A stretch of 64,000 nt of DNA, taken from the NCBI GenBank assembly GCA_030141605.1, contig JAQGDQ010000024.1, positions 434,001-498,000 of the forward strand. Reading direction: 5' to 3'. Source of the DNA: Tubiluchus corallicola. Its lineage: Eukaryota > Animalia > Priapulida. Of this stretch, positions 1 through 17,800 are shown piece by piece. Made by a program: the position numbers and the translations under genes. The notes beneath the pieces are model-generated. The model worked only from the letters and a program-made list of their open reading frames with translations. It did no database searches and was not told the origin of the DNA. Position 1 is the stretch's first letter; every line of letters begins with the position of its first letter.

Positions 1-710
1 TATATGATACACGACACACGCACATATGTATATAAGATTGTAAGATGTGTGAAGATTATAAGAAATTTGAAGTAGTGACCATTTGAAGTAGTGACCATAA
101 TTTGCCTTAGTGACCCAAGAGATTAGGTCATGGTGCAAAACCGTACATGAAAAAGGAAAAGTTTTTTTATTCCTTTAGTCCTTTGCTCTTTTGAAAAAAT
201 AAATTAATTGTTTCACATTAACTGAAAAATTTGCATGTTTTTTATAATTAATTTATGAGAACAGCTGTTTGATTAACTTTGTTTTGTAGATATAATTGTA
301 AGACCTGACTTTGTCATTTTTGCACTGATAGCAGTAATGATTATTTAGTATGAATGCATTAATAATTGCCTATCTCCATACGACACATTTTTATTGCCTC
401 TAGTTTTCTACAACTGTACTCGCACATGTGCATTTTATCAGTATCATTACAACTACTATCAATGTTGCAGTTGAATGATCTGTGTCAATAAAATATTTAT
501 TATAGCTGCAGGTGCATAAAACATGCTATTTATGTGTGTCATTATAGTAAATTATGCCCAAAGGCAGTGGCTCTCTTTGTACGAAACACGTACTGTCAAT
601 TTTACCTGATAAATGGCTATTTATTCTGTTTGCCTGACCGCTCAGACTTTTTCAATAACTGCCACTAATTTGTGTAGTTTGTTTAACTAGGGCTTTTGTT
701 TGTTTTGTAG

Positions 711-5294
<4,584 letters not shown>

Positions 5295-7068
5295 AACTAG
5301 TCATCATTTCATGTAAACCTGTGAATTACATGTGCTTACCAAGAGATTATTCTGTATAGATGTGCTTTTATAAGCTAGCTGTAATACTGCTTTAAGCTGT
5401 TCTTTCTCTTAGTCTTAATAACATGAACAGCTCAAGCTTCTGAAAATGTTATAATGCATTCATCGTAGCTTAAACGTAGCTATGTAATTAAATATAACTT
5501 CTGTTTGCAAGAAAATAGTTCACAAATGTGTGTTCCGATATAGATTCAATTTCCGTACTTGTGCAGTGCCATGGTTTGCTGGGTTGCTACATTATTGTGC
5601 TTAAATCGAGTTGTTTATTGTCCCTTTGTGCAAGAAATTACTGTAGATTCTTGAGTTACTTGCTTCCGATGTAAACCTTATAAACAGATCTTTTTCGCTG
5701 TGAAGCAGCTCTGGTTCTCATTCATGTAATAAATTTTGCCAAGCTTGTACATTGTGGCATCACTGTAATGTAATTTCGTGCTCTAAATTTTTACACTAAA
5801 ACTGATTCTATGGCTAAATGGAGTTTTAAATGACATTTTCTCGAAATGGGTTCCATAGCAACAGCAAAACCTAGCACACCCTGTTTGAGAAAAATTGACA
5901 ATCAAATTTGTTGTATGACTTATTTTACAGTTGTTTCTTGTTCCCGACAAACGAGAAACAAAAAATGTCACACATGGACACTAAATTCCTTGCTTTCCAT
6001 TTTGTGTTGTGTTTTCTTTCCAGACTAGTTTTATAAAAGAAATAAACCCATATACAAATTTGAGTTGACTAATGCTAGAAACTCGGTATGTATAGTCCTT
6101 AATAGAAACTAATACGCGCGCCTTGTTACTTATTTAAAGCAGTGTTTTACTGTACCAGGAGTAGGAGCCCATATCTTTCTTGATTTCGCAGTTATAATTC
6201 CTCGATTTGGGATATGTTGTGTCTACTTAGTAGCTGCTGTAAATTCTGCAGTTTTTTTATTTTTATTGAAAACTGAACAGCATTTCTTGAAGTAATCTAG
6301 GGTCTAGAATAAGAAATGCTAGCGTGAAACATGCACAATTATAATCTCTGATTTAGTAAAGATTGCTGTCTTTATGCATCCTACTTTTGTTAATTTTATA
6401 AAGTAGCATCAATAATGTGCTTAGGTACAGTGTGTTTATTATCAATTTTGTTAGTTGTTTTGTACATTAATTTAGGCGCTACTTAGCAAATATGTGATGA
6501 CTTCGTCTATGCGAAAATCCACGTACAACCCCATTCTCTTTCGTTGTGAAAATGCGCACATTTCGGAGATCGAGATAATTATGAAAATCATGTTTTTTTT
6601 ATTTTTCTGCATCCATGTACTGTAGTTGTTGTATACTTAGTAATGAATTCAAGTTGTAACCTATGTAGTAGGTGCTTAATAAAATTGTTAATTCTGTGAA
6701 CTACTTATTATTCACACGTGCACCTGCTGGGAGTGTCAAAAATTGGATAAAATGTCTGTGTTAATTTCTTGGTGCTCACTCATAGTCACTCTGGCTTACT
6801 TACATAAAAGCTTATGTATCCAAGTTCTGAGGAATTTGTCCTCGTATCTGGTTGCGTGTTCTAAGCAACTGCAACTAAGCCTGCAAAATAATTCAGTTAA
6901 GTATGCAAAATGTCAGTAAAATCATTTTTTCTAGTGCATATCATCTCATTGTCAGAAATTCATTCAATCCGTGTTTTCTTTGATTCCTTGCATATTTCAT
7001 TCCAAAATCAATATCATGCATTTTATAATTTTGTTGACATGTTTATATTAACTAATCATTCTAATTAT

Positions 7069-7425
7069 CAGGGTTCCCACAGTCAGGGAAACCCTGGAAA
7101 ATCCTTGAAAATACAGGCTATCCTGGAAAGTCGTGGAAAAATCAGGGAAAAAGATAATTTCGTAAAAAGTCAGGGAGAATGATGAAAATGGGGTTATAAG
7201 TCAGGGAAATTGGAAAGGGTTGCAAAAATAATCACCGTGAACTGATATTTTTCAGCGATTCATGTTCAAATAAAATGGCAGGCTCCCAGTTTCAATTTCT
7301 GCTCCAAAAATAATGATTATATATATCAGTATATGTATGAATGGCCATACACAAAATTTACTGGTAATGCAATTTCTGCTTATCTTGGTCAGGGAAATTT
7401 TGTTTAAAATTCTGGGGGAACCCTG
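7069..7425. mobile_element. hAT-like MITE
   Basis: TIRs CAGGGTTCCC...GGGAACCCTG, internal TCAGGGAA repeats, degenerate 8-bp flanks ctaattat/attattat. Confidence 0.7.
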
Positions 7426-10400
7426 ATTATTATAGTGTGTAACAATCAAGTTGCTCATAAGCAAACTGCCCAAGAAAACTACATTCCTGTAGTGTGTATA
7501 CACAATATTGTTATATATTATTATTATTATTATTTGCAAAGCACTTTGCTTTATTATCATGTATAAAGATAAACTATTACTTAATATTTTTACTCATTGT
7601 TTTACAGTACTATGTTTGTATATTATGTGAGCTTAAGCTTAGTATTACATGTATTTATTATCAACTTGAAACATTGTTCTGGGATTTTTATGTGTGGGGC
7701 CCACCTGTGTATTCAGGACTGAGTGTACTAAATGCATACTGTCACGTCTTAAACCGGCACATCAACAATTACCTCTCATACGAGTAACAAAAATTTGTCA
7801 GTAAATGCTGGTATGTTTTTGTTACTGTATTTAATTTCAATATAATTTTTCGACACACCTGATTTAATTCCAATAAAATTTTTCAGTACACCTGTCTTCT
7901 TCAGCTACTTTAGTTAAAAGCAATTTCAAGTTTGATTAACTAATGTAGCTGAATAAACCTAGTGTGTAAAACATGTTCCCATTTAACTGAAGAGTTCCCC
8001 AAAATTCTTAAAAAAATTTATTCTTAAAATAACGTAGGAAAACAAGAAAAAGAAACACAAAAGTTACTAGCTAATATAACTTAATATTATTAATTTATAA
8101 CAGTCATTTGGCATTAAGTTAGGTAGGCAACCGGGAGAATTCACCTTTGGTCACAATTTTGGTATGCATACATTAACTTTAGGGAACGTTTGAAATAGAC
8201 AATTATGCGCTGTAACTAGGTGTTGGTAAACAGTATTATAAATAATTTAATCAAAATACCAGTTATATGGACATTTGTGTGTATTATACACAGTGTCCAC
8301 TAGTATGATATGAGATACTTAATAAAAACCACATCACACAAAATAGTTATCACACTCCCATAATAAGCAACTAAAAATATAGCATTGCGCGGTACAGTAA
8401 CAATCAATTAACAATACACGGAAATAAACTTTGATAACTATAGACTAATTTCTAGAGTCATGTAGTCTATGCTAACTAACTCACTCATAGTAATTACGCT
8501 AATAATAATAATAATAATATAATACTATATGGCGCGAAGCTTTAAAGTCACTGTGTTAAAAACATGTTCTTGACAATGCAGTATGAATGGATTAAAAGGG
8601 ACCCACATTTCTATAATAGTACAGTAACAACTTATGTCTTGCAGATGCTGAAATATTTTTACTGAAAATTTGATCTGTGACTGTGATTTTCAAGGTACCG
8701 GATTCGAAATTCAAAAGTAGCAAAACTGATTGCAATTTATCATATTCTTATTTTGTTTGCAAGATGTACCTGAAAAACTGCAGGAAATGTCAATGAGGAC
8801 TGTTGCAAATTTCTCTGGGTACTTATTACTTACAGGTGTATGCCCAAAACAGGTACTTGTATACTTCATTAAAGTGTAGGATTTTATACCAAGTGTCGAC
8901 CAATACTCTGCAATTGCTTTATCTGCCACTGTTCATCTAGCAGTAAATACATAATCACATAGTAGTAAATTTTTTAGACAATCAGCAATGGAACTCGCAC
9001 AAAATGCTACTAAACAGTAAGCACTAAGCAGCATATAAAGCCACCATATCAACCTGAAAATGTCAGGATAAATGCAACCCATTTCCGATTGGGTAACCGA
9101 AGTTTAACAAGATGTGTGCTGATGTTTTGTCTTGTCAAGTGCAACATTTATCAGCTGATAAATGCTGATGAAAGCTGAACCATTTAGAGAAAAACTGTGC
9201 AATGCAAAGAATAGGCAGAGTTAATGCCTATTAGTACATAATTTAATCAAATATAATATGGTGCAGCAATCATTATGTAAAACTACTGTCCTTAGGATAA
9301 CTTTTCAGGATAATTACAATAAACTATAATCTATAATCTAGTATGGTGACAAGAGGCACTTAAGATATAACATGTCAGGTACTATATATTATATGAGATG
9401 GCAACTTAGATAATTAAACTAGCTATTACTGAAATTAATGCTTTTCATTACTTCTAATTAAGTGCAGACTTTTTCTCCTATGTACAAACATTACACTTGA
9501 AAATAGCACCTGTAATCAAAGGAATTTTTACTCGACAATTAATTTACGTTTTTAATAAAGTATCTTAGTTATACATACAGTTTTGAATTTTCTACCTGCC
9601 TTCTCAAAGTTCTGCCTTTTTACCGGCAAAAGCCTTTAGTAAAAACCTAAGTGACTATATAACAAAAGACATAACAAGCACTTTAGTTATAAGAAATTTG
9701 TGTATCTAATTTTACACAGGCACTGAAATTTGTACGGATAGCAATTACTGTGCATTGAAAAAGGCTAAATATTAGTTTTGGCTCTGATAGCCTTCTCACG
9801 GGAGTTATCTAGGCTCAAATAGCAAAAATCATCAAGCAAAAATAGCACCAAAAATACATCGTTTTGCTAGTAACGGACCAAATGAAACTTTCCAAGCCAA
9901 TTTTTTTCTTGCACTGCACTGCATTTGCATTTTTTGCTGTGAGACACTAAATACTTAACTTACTTAATCGATCTACAATTTTTAAGCTACATTTTACAGC
10001 CCATAGATGGCAAAAGCATGAATTTAAATTGTGTAAAAAATTAGCATACTGTAGCCAGTAACATAACAGCCTGTAGCACCAGATATGCTGAACACACCCT
10101 CAATGCACCGTGTAGTAAAAGAAATACATATAGGCTGTTTTGAAAACCAAAAACAATTGGCGACTGGACATTATGAAATTTTCCAATTTGAAATAACTAG
10201 TGCAATTTGCACCAGTGTTCATCTAAAACCACTGACAAGCATTTTCATTAAAGAGCAAAATGCAAAATATTGCTACTTTTTGTAGAAACAACAAAGCTGT
10301 ACTATTTTGTGCTACAGACTGTCATGAATGTTGACCTTGCAAACAACAAGGTACAAGGTATTACTTTGCATCTAATTCTAACCTCAAAAAAGTGAAAAAG

Positions 10401-10467
10401 AATTTGTTGATCATAAAAACAACCCGTGGCAGTGAGATCAACTCTAGGAGTGTATAATAACATCAAC

Positions 10468-10570
10468 CAAAAAAGATAAGTAGATGGATATTCAAGATCT
10501 ATAAACAGGAACAGCCATAAAAAATGATAAGTACATGGATGTTCAAGATCTATAAACAGGAACGCCATAA
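10468..10570. repeat. tandem duplication of about 51 bp in the pyruvate kinase 3' UTR
   Basis: two copies of gataagta(g/c)atggat(a/g)ttcaagatctataaacaggaac(a)gccata. Confidence 0.8.
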
Positions 10571-10851
10571 AGAATGACTTGGCCAATGAATTATGCGGAA
10601 ACAATTGTTCATAAAACAAAAAAATAGCTGCTACTGAATTGCAAATAAAGACTGAAATACATGATCAATCCAACAAGAAATAATATGGAAAAAGACTTAT
10701 AAAACGAGGCTAAATATTTGGCAGTATCTGATGTACAAATGTAGATGCAGTTGCCGCTCCATATGACCATAACAATTAAAAGATTGTTAGAAAGGAGTTA
10801 CAAAAAGCAACTGTAACAAATATTGAGGTCATTTCCTATTTGCACAGGTGT

Positions 10852-11021
10852 CTAATCAGCAAAGATGATTCGCATGGTGTTTGTGAATCCGGCTCCCTTC
10901 CTCCAACCTGTCACTACAATCAGTGCATCGCTCTCATGAATGAAACCTCTTTTCTTACCCTCCTCTATGCATGTTTTTACCCGATTATCAACATCTGTAG
11001 GCCAGTCGTCTGTGCGTTCCT
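10852..11021 (-). CDS. PK: pyruvate kinase terminal exon
   Basis: [14 protein letters not shown]...[19 protein letters not shown] then TAG; acceptor tttttag. Confidence 0.95.
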
Positions 11022-11768
11022 CTAAAAAATTCGAATAGAATGATGAAATAATATTGTTGCCAGATGTCAATTCAATAACTTTTTGATACAACTTTCTTAC
11101 TTAGAATCCCAAAATTCCTTTTTTTGTCTAGTGATATAAAAGCAACTTTAGTGCCAGAGATATGCCTGTATCTGAATAATTTTGCCACATAAATTTGGTG
11201 TTATGTTATGTATAATCTTGTAACGATTAAAGCAAACATTACATTTGAAAGCCAATAAAAGAGCCATCAGACAAAAGGCAGAAAGCCACATTTTAAATGA
11301 TAGGTCCAGCTTAAAACAAATGACTCAAAAATAGTAAACATTGGGTTGCTCACTTATTTAAGTTTTTCTGCCCAATTGCCAGCATATGTCATTTAGAACA
11401 CTATTTACCATTGTCATGGAAAGTGCTGATGTGACAAAGTATTCACGAAATTTTAGCTTTCTAGCTGCTCCAGGCTGAGCAATGGCTCTTTAAAACGACT
11501 AGCAAAATTCTACAAATTTTGATCGCCTTGTCTTTTTCATCGCTGCTCGCTACATTCGCAGCTCATTTTAGTTTCGGTCAAGATATAACTTTTCTCTGTT
11601 CTTTTTATTCTCTTATTTTCTTTCCTTTCTTTCTCTCTCTCTCTCTCTTCAACATTCTTCTTTTCCTTTCTTTATTTTTCTCTCTTCCCCTCTTTCTCTT
11701 TTCTACCTCCCTCCCTCAATCCTCCTCTTTTTCACTTTTCTCTTCTTCTTCTCTCTCCCTGTTTCAAT

Positions 11769-11861
<93 letters not shown>

Positions 11862-14800
11862 TTAGTCACTGCCTTTTTAGCTTTCCCTGTGAAATTCAGT
11901 CATCATTAAACCATTAAAAGCATCTGCATGTAACTAGAATGCTGTATTGTGCCACTATCGATCGACATCATCTGCTCAAAGAATTTTTCCTGTTGAAACA
12001 ATACTTAACCATTGTAAAATCAGTCATACTCGGACGGAAATAATTTTTTTTAAAAGCAAACGTTAGTGGCCACACTCCAGGGCATGATGATCAAGAACAT
12101 AAAAAACTCTTGAAAAGCTGAAATTTTTTGCATAAAAAATAACATAACGGGTACAGCTTTACTTTGTTTTTATTCCTAACAATGTAAGTACTTACTAGTA
12201 TAATGGAAAGGGAAGACTCCCCGGAATAGATGAGCCTGCCTTGCTACTTGCCCACTTCTAGTAATTGTCAGAATTGGACATCGAGGTCGGTATTGTGAAA
12301 TAAGATATGCTGACCTGAAATTAATAGAATCAGTAGCCTAATTAACTCAAAAACGTCTGGTATGGGCTGCTCCTATTTAAAAGTATATAAACCTGTCGGT
12401 AATTGACTCGAATAACTTCGCATAATTGACTCAATATTTTCCCTTCATGTACTTAAAATAAGGCATTTGTTGGTACCTGTTGCTGCCTTTATGTCATGTC
12501 TACCTAGAATTTTGTGTACTATAATATGCATAGAAACAGTCATGTTAGACACAGCTTTGTCTGTGAGTAGGTACAGTACTATCATATACAGGTACAATTA
12601 TCACATGTGCTAATATGTGAGCGTAGCGGTTTTGCTTTGAATCAGTCACCCACTTGTCCGCTGCAGTTAATCTTGTTGTTTCTGGAAGCTAAGCAGTTAA
12701 TCACTTGCCCAGTGGTTTGCTTTTGAAGTTCCTACAGCTTTTCACAGGGGAAACAAGGTCATCACCAACTGCAGCTCGAGCATTAGATGACTATAGCTTA
12801 TAGTGACTTGGGAATATGTGCAGTATACAGCAACTGACTTTCAAAGTTTTTTCACTATGAGAATTTCATAAACCAACTTATTCGTGAAGAAATGAAGCAA
12901 CCGACCTTGCACAAATTTGTAATTTTTTGTGGCAAATAATCAAATTTGTGTAATTTTTTTCATTTTTTTATTAATTCACTTATATAAATTAGTATTCTTA
13001 AATAATTGCACATAGGAATTTTGACATTAATTTGTCTCTAAAATTAATTTAAAACCTTTGCAATACATACTAAGGTGATGTCTTGACTCATACTTCTATA
13101 ATAGTAATGGGCTACATCTGTTGTATAATTGAGTCAGTCAGTTAATTGGGTCAAAAACACTTCCATCCCAGAGTGAATCTATTAAGTAGCACCTACTGTA
13201 TTTTAAACAAAAAGTGAGGGGAGCGAGGGAAGGAGGGGTTCGCTTCAGTAGCCAAATCACAAAAAAGACAGTAGTGGTTGATTCACTACAAGTTGGGATA
13301 AAAGTGCTACAGTATCATTCAAATCTTTTCAACTAGTTGAGGAAGATTTACGCATACAGTGTAACTGCATTTGCCACATTCCTAAGACCCCCCTGTTGAA
13401 AAAGTCAACTCATCAATCCATGATAACTAGTGTTACTACTGAGCAATCATCTATAAATTGTACCATTATTACTCAATCGTTAATAATTGCTCACTTATTT
13501 TAGTGGCCAACTACTAAAAAAACTAAAAATCAAAGACTACTACCTCAAATCTTCTCTGAACGGTAGTGGATGGTAACTGATCACATAAGGAATTACCTGC
13601 CAGTAGTTGTGATACAAATAATAGCTGCTGCTTGTGATTTAAGTGATGCCTCTACAGTGGCGATGGCTATCGTGTGTGCAGGATCTGTTGGCACAGGTGT
13701 TAACTCTCTTAACTCCTCAAATAACTGTTTCTGATACACAGCTGCCTCTGCCTCTTTACATATCTGAAATGAAATAAATGTAAGTTTTCACGATTTACAG
13801 TACAATTTTGTAGATGTTACCCAGTGAGTGTTTTGCACGTTTAAACTGAGATGATTTAATGAGCTTGACATATTTACTCATTTCATTATACTTTGTTTTA
13901 ATGTGATCACTGAAACATAGGATGAAACACAGGATATGCACAGTAAATTAATAAAGCAAAGGGCTTATATTATATATAAACTGATTCGTTTTTTTGACAA
14001 CTTCAGTTGAAATGTTACCCAGTTTCAAATTTAAAACACGATTCACTGCCTGCATAAAATGTAGATATAATTAAAAAATATCTCATAGTTAACACATAAT
14101 GAAAGGATGTGCATTTAATCCTAAACTCTATCGTCGACTTTCACCGGCACTGGACATCAAAGCTGATGTAAAGATGGATAATGAGGTGTAAGCAGTAGTG
14201 GACAAGAAGCAGTATAGGCTCATTTAGTTGTGCCCAGGACAGAGAAGGTTTTTCAATAATTTTTTTATATAATTTGAAAACTGCAAGTCAAATTCCATCA
14301 TTCCTCAGCAGGTCCTTCTCAAACTGGGTAGGTGTAACGAGTCCGGAACCTGACCCATCATCAAGCCTGTGCCTTTAAGGTGAGCCACTGAACCGACAAT
14401 AGCATCCTAGCTATGTGCCAGTGTGAATAAATTTTCCCTCCATGCGATGAACAGCCAGAATCAGTGCAGCAAATGAAACCATCCAGAGAAAGTATCGAAT
14501 TGGTTCATCCATCCATTCACTAACCAGTCTCGGTGCAATTCTTAACTTCAGTCGCCAATCTTGAGATCGTGACTGCTCAGCTATGCACTTGCTTTGGATG
14601 ATGACAATAAACTTGTAAAATCAGCCAAAGTTAGGCGAACTGCACAGCGAATTTGGTCACACTAAAATGAAATCACCTTTAAATCTACCACAGTGCCAAT
14701 TATGACAATACTTACTAAACATAAACAAATGGAAACTTATTTTATTGTTCGTATACTGTGCTATCAACATGTTACCAATAGATCTCCTTTACATCAATTA

Positions 14801-17800
14801 TAATCAAAAAGTAATAAGATAAAAGTAAAATAGGCATAGTTTTAGACAACATGATTACATATAGCCATTGACTTATAAAATAACAGCAAGAAAAATGATC
14901 TTACATCATGCATTATTTTGACAGCTTCCAGGGGAAATTTGCCTTTTGCTGTCTCTCCAGACAACATTACGCAATCAGCTCCATCTAAGATCGCGTTTGC
15001 TACATCACTGCCTTCGGCTCGTGTTGGTCGTGGATTAGTTACCATTGACTCTAACATCTGTGCACAAATTAACGATAATAACATCATTGAAAATGACTAA
15101 TGAAACGTTCAATAAAAATTGAATCTCACAAGAATGTTAATCATAATACAGTATACTTCGCTTAATAAATCCACTTTGGTGCAATGTTAAATGAATTTGT
15201 TAAGAGGTTGGATTTATAAACTGAAGTGTCTATTATTAAGTAGGGTTTTCAATATTATTGCAGTGCTACTGCTTTAACGCTCTCATGAAAAGTTTTTAAG
15301 TAAAGTGCAATTATTTATTAGCATTCCTATGATTACAGAAGCTCACGTAAAGTCTATCGTTTATTTATTATACCATTATCCTTTAAGTGTGATAAACTGA
15401 TTGCAAAGTTGAATAAAATGCAGTACAATGATTCAGGATTCATTTATTGTGACAATGATATTCTCGAACACAACAATTTATCTGCAATAATAAGCATGTT
15501 TGCTTAACCTAATTAAGTGTTCTTGACTGATGCTTCTGCATTGTAACAGGTAAATTAGACAAAAAATAAATGGAAATAATGCAAAGGTGTAAAATGTGTT
15601 TAGAACAAAGACGCTGATCGAGGGCAAACTAAAATGCAGGCCATTCTGTGGTCTTACATCACAATTTTGTTGTTTGCACAGCTGCAAGGTGGATTTAAAA
15701 AAGCAGCAAAGTTTGGATTTAATAAATTGCGGATTTTACTATAATAAGCATTACAAAGTTCTGTTCCACCAATACTGGCCACAATGAGTGGCTGGATTTA
15801 TTAAACGAATTCTATTGTAGCTACAGTTCATAAAATGTGATAAACATGGCAAAATTACTTTAACTTCGTGTGCAGAAAGGCGATGGACTATTTTGTGCAA
15901 AGTAGATTTAGAATTTTCAAAAATACAACGTGATCCTTAAAAATTATCAATACTTTCAAAGCAAAAGCTGCAACAAGTATGTTTTGATAAAATAAACGAT
16001 GTGTTTGATGAACACAGAAAACTGAGTCAGCTTCAAACCTGTAAAACTGTTTTTTACAAATAAATAACTATACAGAAGTTGATATCCTCAAAAACACAAT
16101 ATCAAAAAAGAAACAAAAACAGACAGAGCATAAGAAAGTGTAAGAAAAAATGAGAGGTGAGACAACAAAAACAAGAATCACAGGCACAGACCAAACTGAA
16201 ATAAGTGGTACAGTAACAAAAGCAAAGTAAATCATACTGATGTTGCATCAAATAAAAACACTCCAAAATAACAAATCACTAAGACGCATTACTACAACAT
16301 TAAACTCTTCTCCTGAGAACAGAAGTCATACAACAAGGATGCAGACAAACATTTCCATCAAGTAAGCTTACATACGAAGAAGGTATGTTATAATTGGATT
16401 GCATGTTAGACAAGTCTTGGAAAAGCAAAGGTAAAAAAAATTAATCTGATTTAGTGTGTTAATTCATCACTCCGAAAATCTGTGTATAATACCATAACCA
16501 AAACGCTACAGATGATGATACTCGGCGACTAACAGTGCACCTGCATATTGTGCATCTGAGCTGCCCAGTGTCGCACAGATTATGTGAAGCAGAGGGCACA
16601 AATAAACTACTCCTTCATACTATTGTAAGAAGCGAACATTTTTAAGATGTAGTACATAATTCGCAATCCAATAAAAAAACTACAGCTACACTTCGCAACA
16701 CCAAACTACAGCTAATCTTCATAACACATAGTAGACCATCTACTCAGCGTCAGCTGCAGCAGCACAAACGATTAGGTTGAGTGTTCAATGATTTCTACTA
16801 AATGCTGATACTGCTTTTACTGTGACAAAGCAGCAACACTGGCTTAGTGTTCCTACAATACAGGCCACAAATAACACAAATCCTTGGAAATAGAGCATTA
16901 TAGCTAATTTAGTGCAAAACTAAACTGCTCCACTTAGGTATTAGCATGCCCATACTGCTTCTTCGTATATGAACTTACCTTTAAACAACAAGTATCTGTT
17001 GCGCCAGCCCAAAAAATCAACCGTTTAAGCTAGTCCATTTTTGGCGACATATATACATCTCTTGAATGCATAACCATGATAAATACATTAAAAAGGAATA
17101 CTTTTGTTGGCCCTCACCTGGGTCGCACAGATGGCAGGTTTGCCTGCACTGTTACATCTGGCAATGATCATCTTCTGTGCAAGAAACACCTTCTCTGGAG
17201 GAATTTCGATACCGAGGTCACCACGGGCAACCATTATACCATCAGCTTCATCTATAATCTCGTTAATTCTGAAAATACATCGCACTCATTCTTAATAACT
17301 CTAAGCAGTTTCAATAGATGCTGTTTCACGTATTGCAAAAAGTAGCAACCAATCATAAAAAAGACTAATTGGATTCATTGCCTAATTCCTAATAAACAAA
17401 ACAGAAAAAGATGACAGATAAAAGCAACCCACAAAAAATGTGCATGGTACTGAATTGTAAGTAATGTTGTGCATTTTTGCAGTAGCTGTTTGTTCAAGAC
17501 TAGAGCTTAAGCTTAAAACCAACGGATAATGAAAATTCAGTTTTATATAAACCGTTCTGCAAGTCACATTTAACTTGGGATGCACAGGATCCAGAGTTTG
17601 CCGGTTCCAGTTAAGGATTTACAAACCAGTAAATGATATTTCATTTGTTAAGCTTTTTGTTCACATGGCGGCATCGCCTCATTTTCAGAGCCACTCAGTA
17701 CTTTTAAGTGGAAACAGGGCAAACATTTTTTTAAAGTTGATATACTGCAATTCTGAACACTTGATTTAAACTAAAAATAGCATTAAATGACTCTAAATTT

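Noticed and set aside
9145-9164. 20-bp perfect palindrome CATTTATCAGCTGATAAATG
   Set aside because: Isolated and AT-rich with no supporting context.
10798-10854. Stop-codon readthrough giving a peroxisomal PK
   Set aside because: Context is TAG-ACA, not a leaky TGA-CTA, and the extension ends CFL, which is not a PTS1.
11519-11917. 132-aa Leu/Ser/Phe-rich ORF
   Set aside because: Translation of the CT-rich tract in a PK intron.
12315-14904. Second copy of the 167-nt PK exon (PKM1/PKM2-like mutually exclusive pair)
   Set aside because: No paralogous exon found in either flanking intron; the candidate near 12650-12790 has stops and no similarity.
16508-16563. C/D box-like ATGATGA...CTGA
   Set aside because: Antisense to the host PK transcript, too short, and no recognisable guide.
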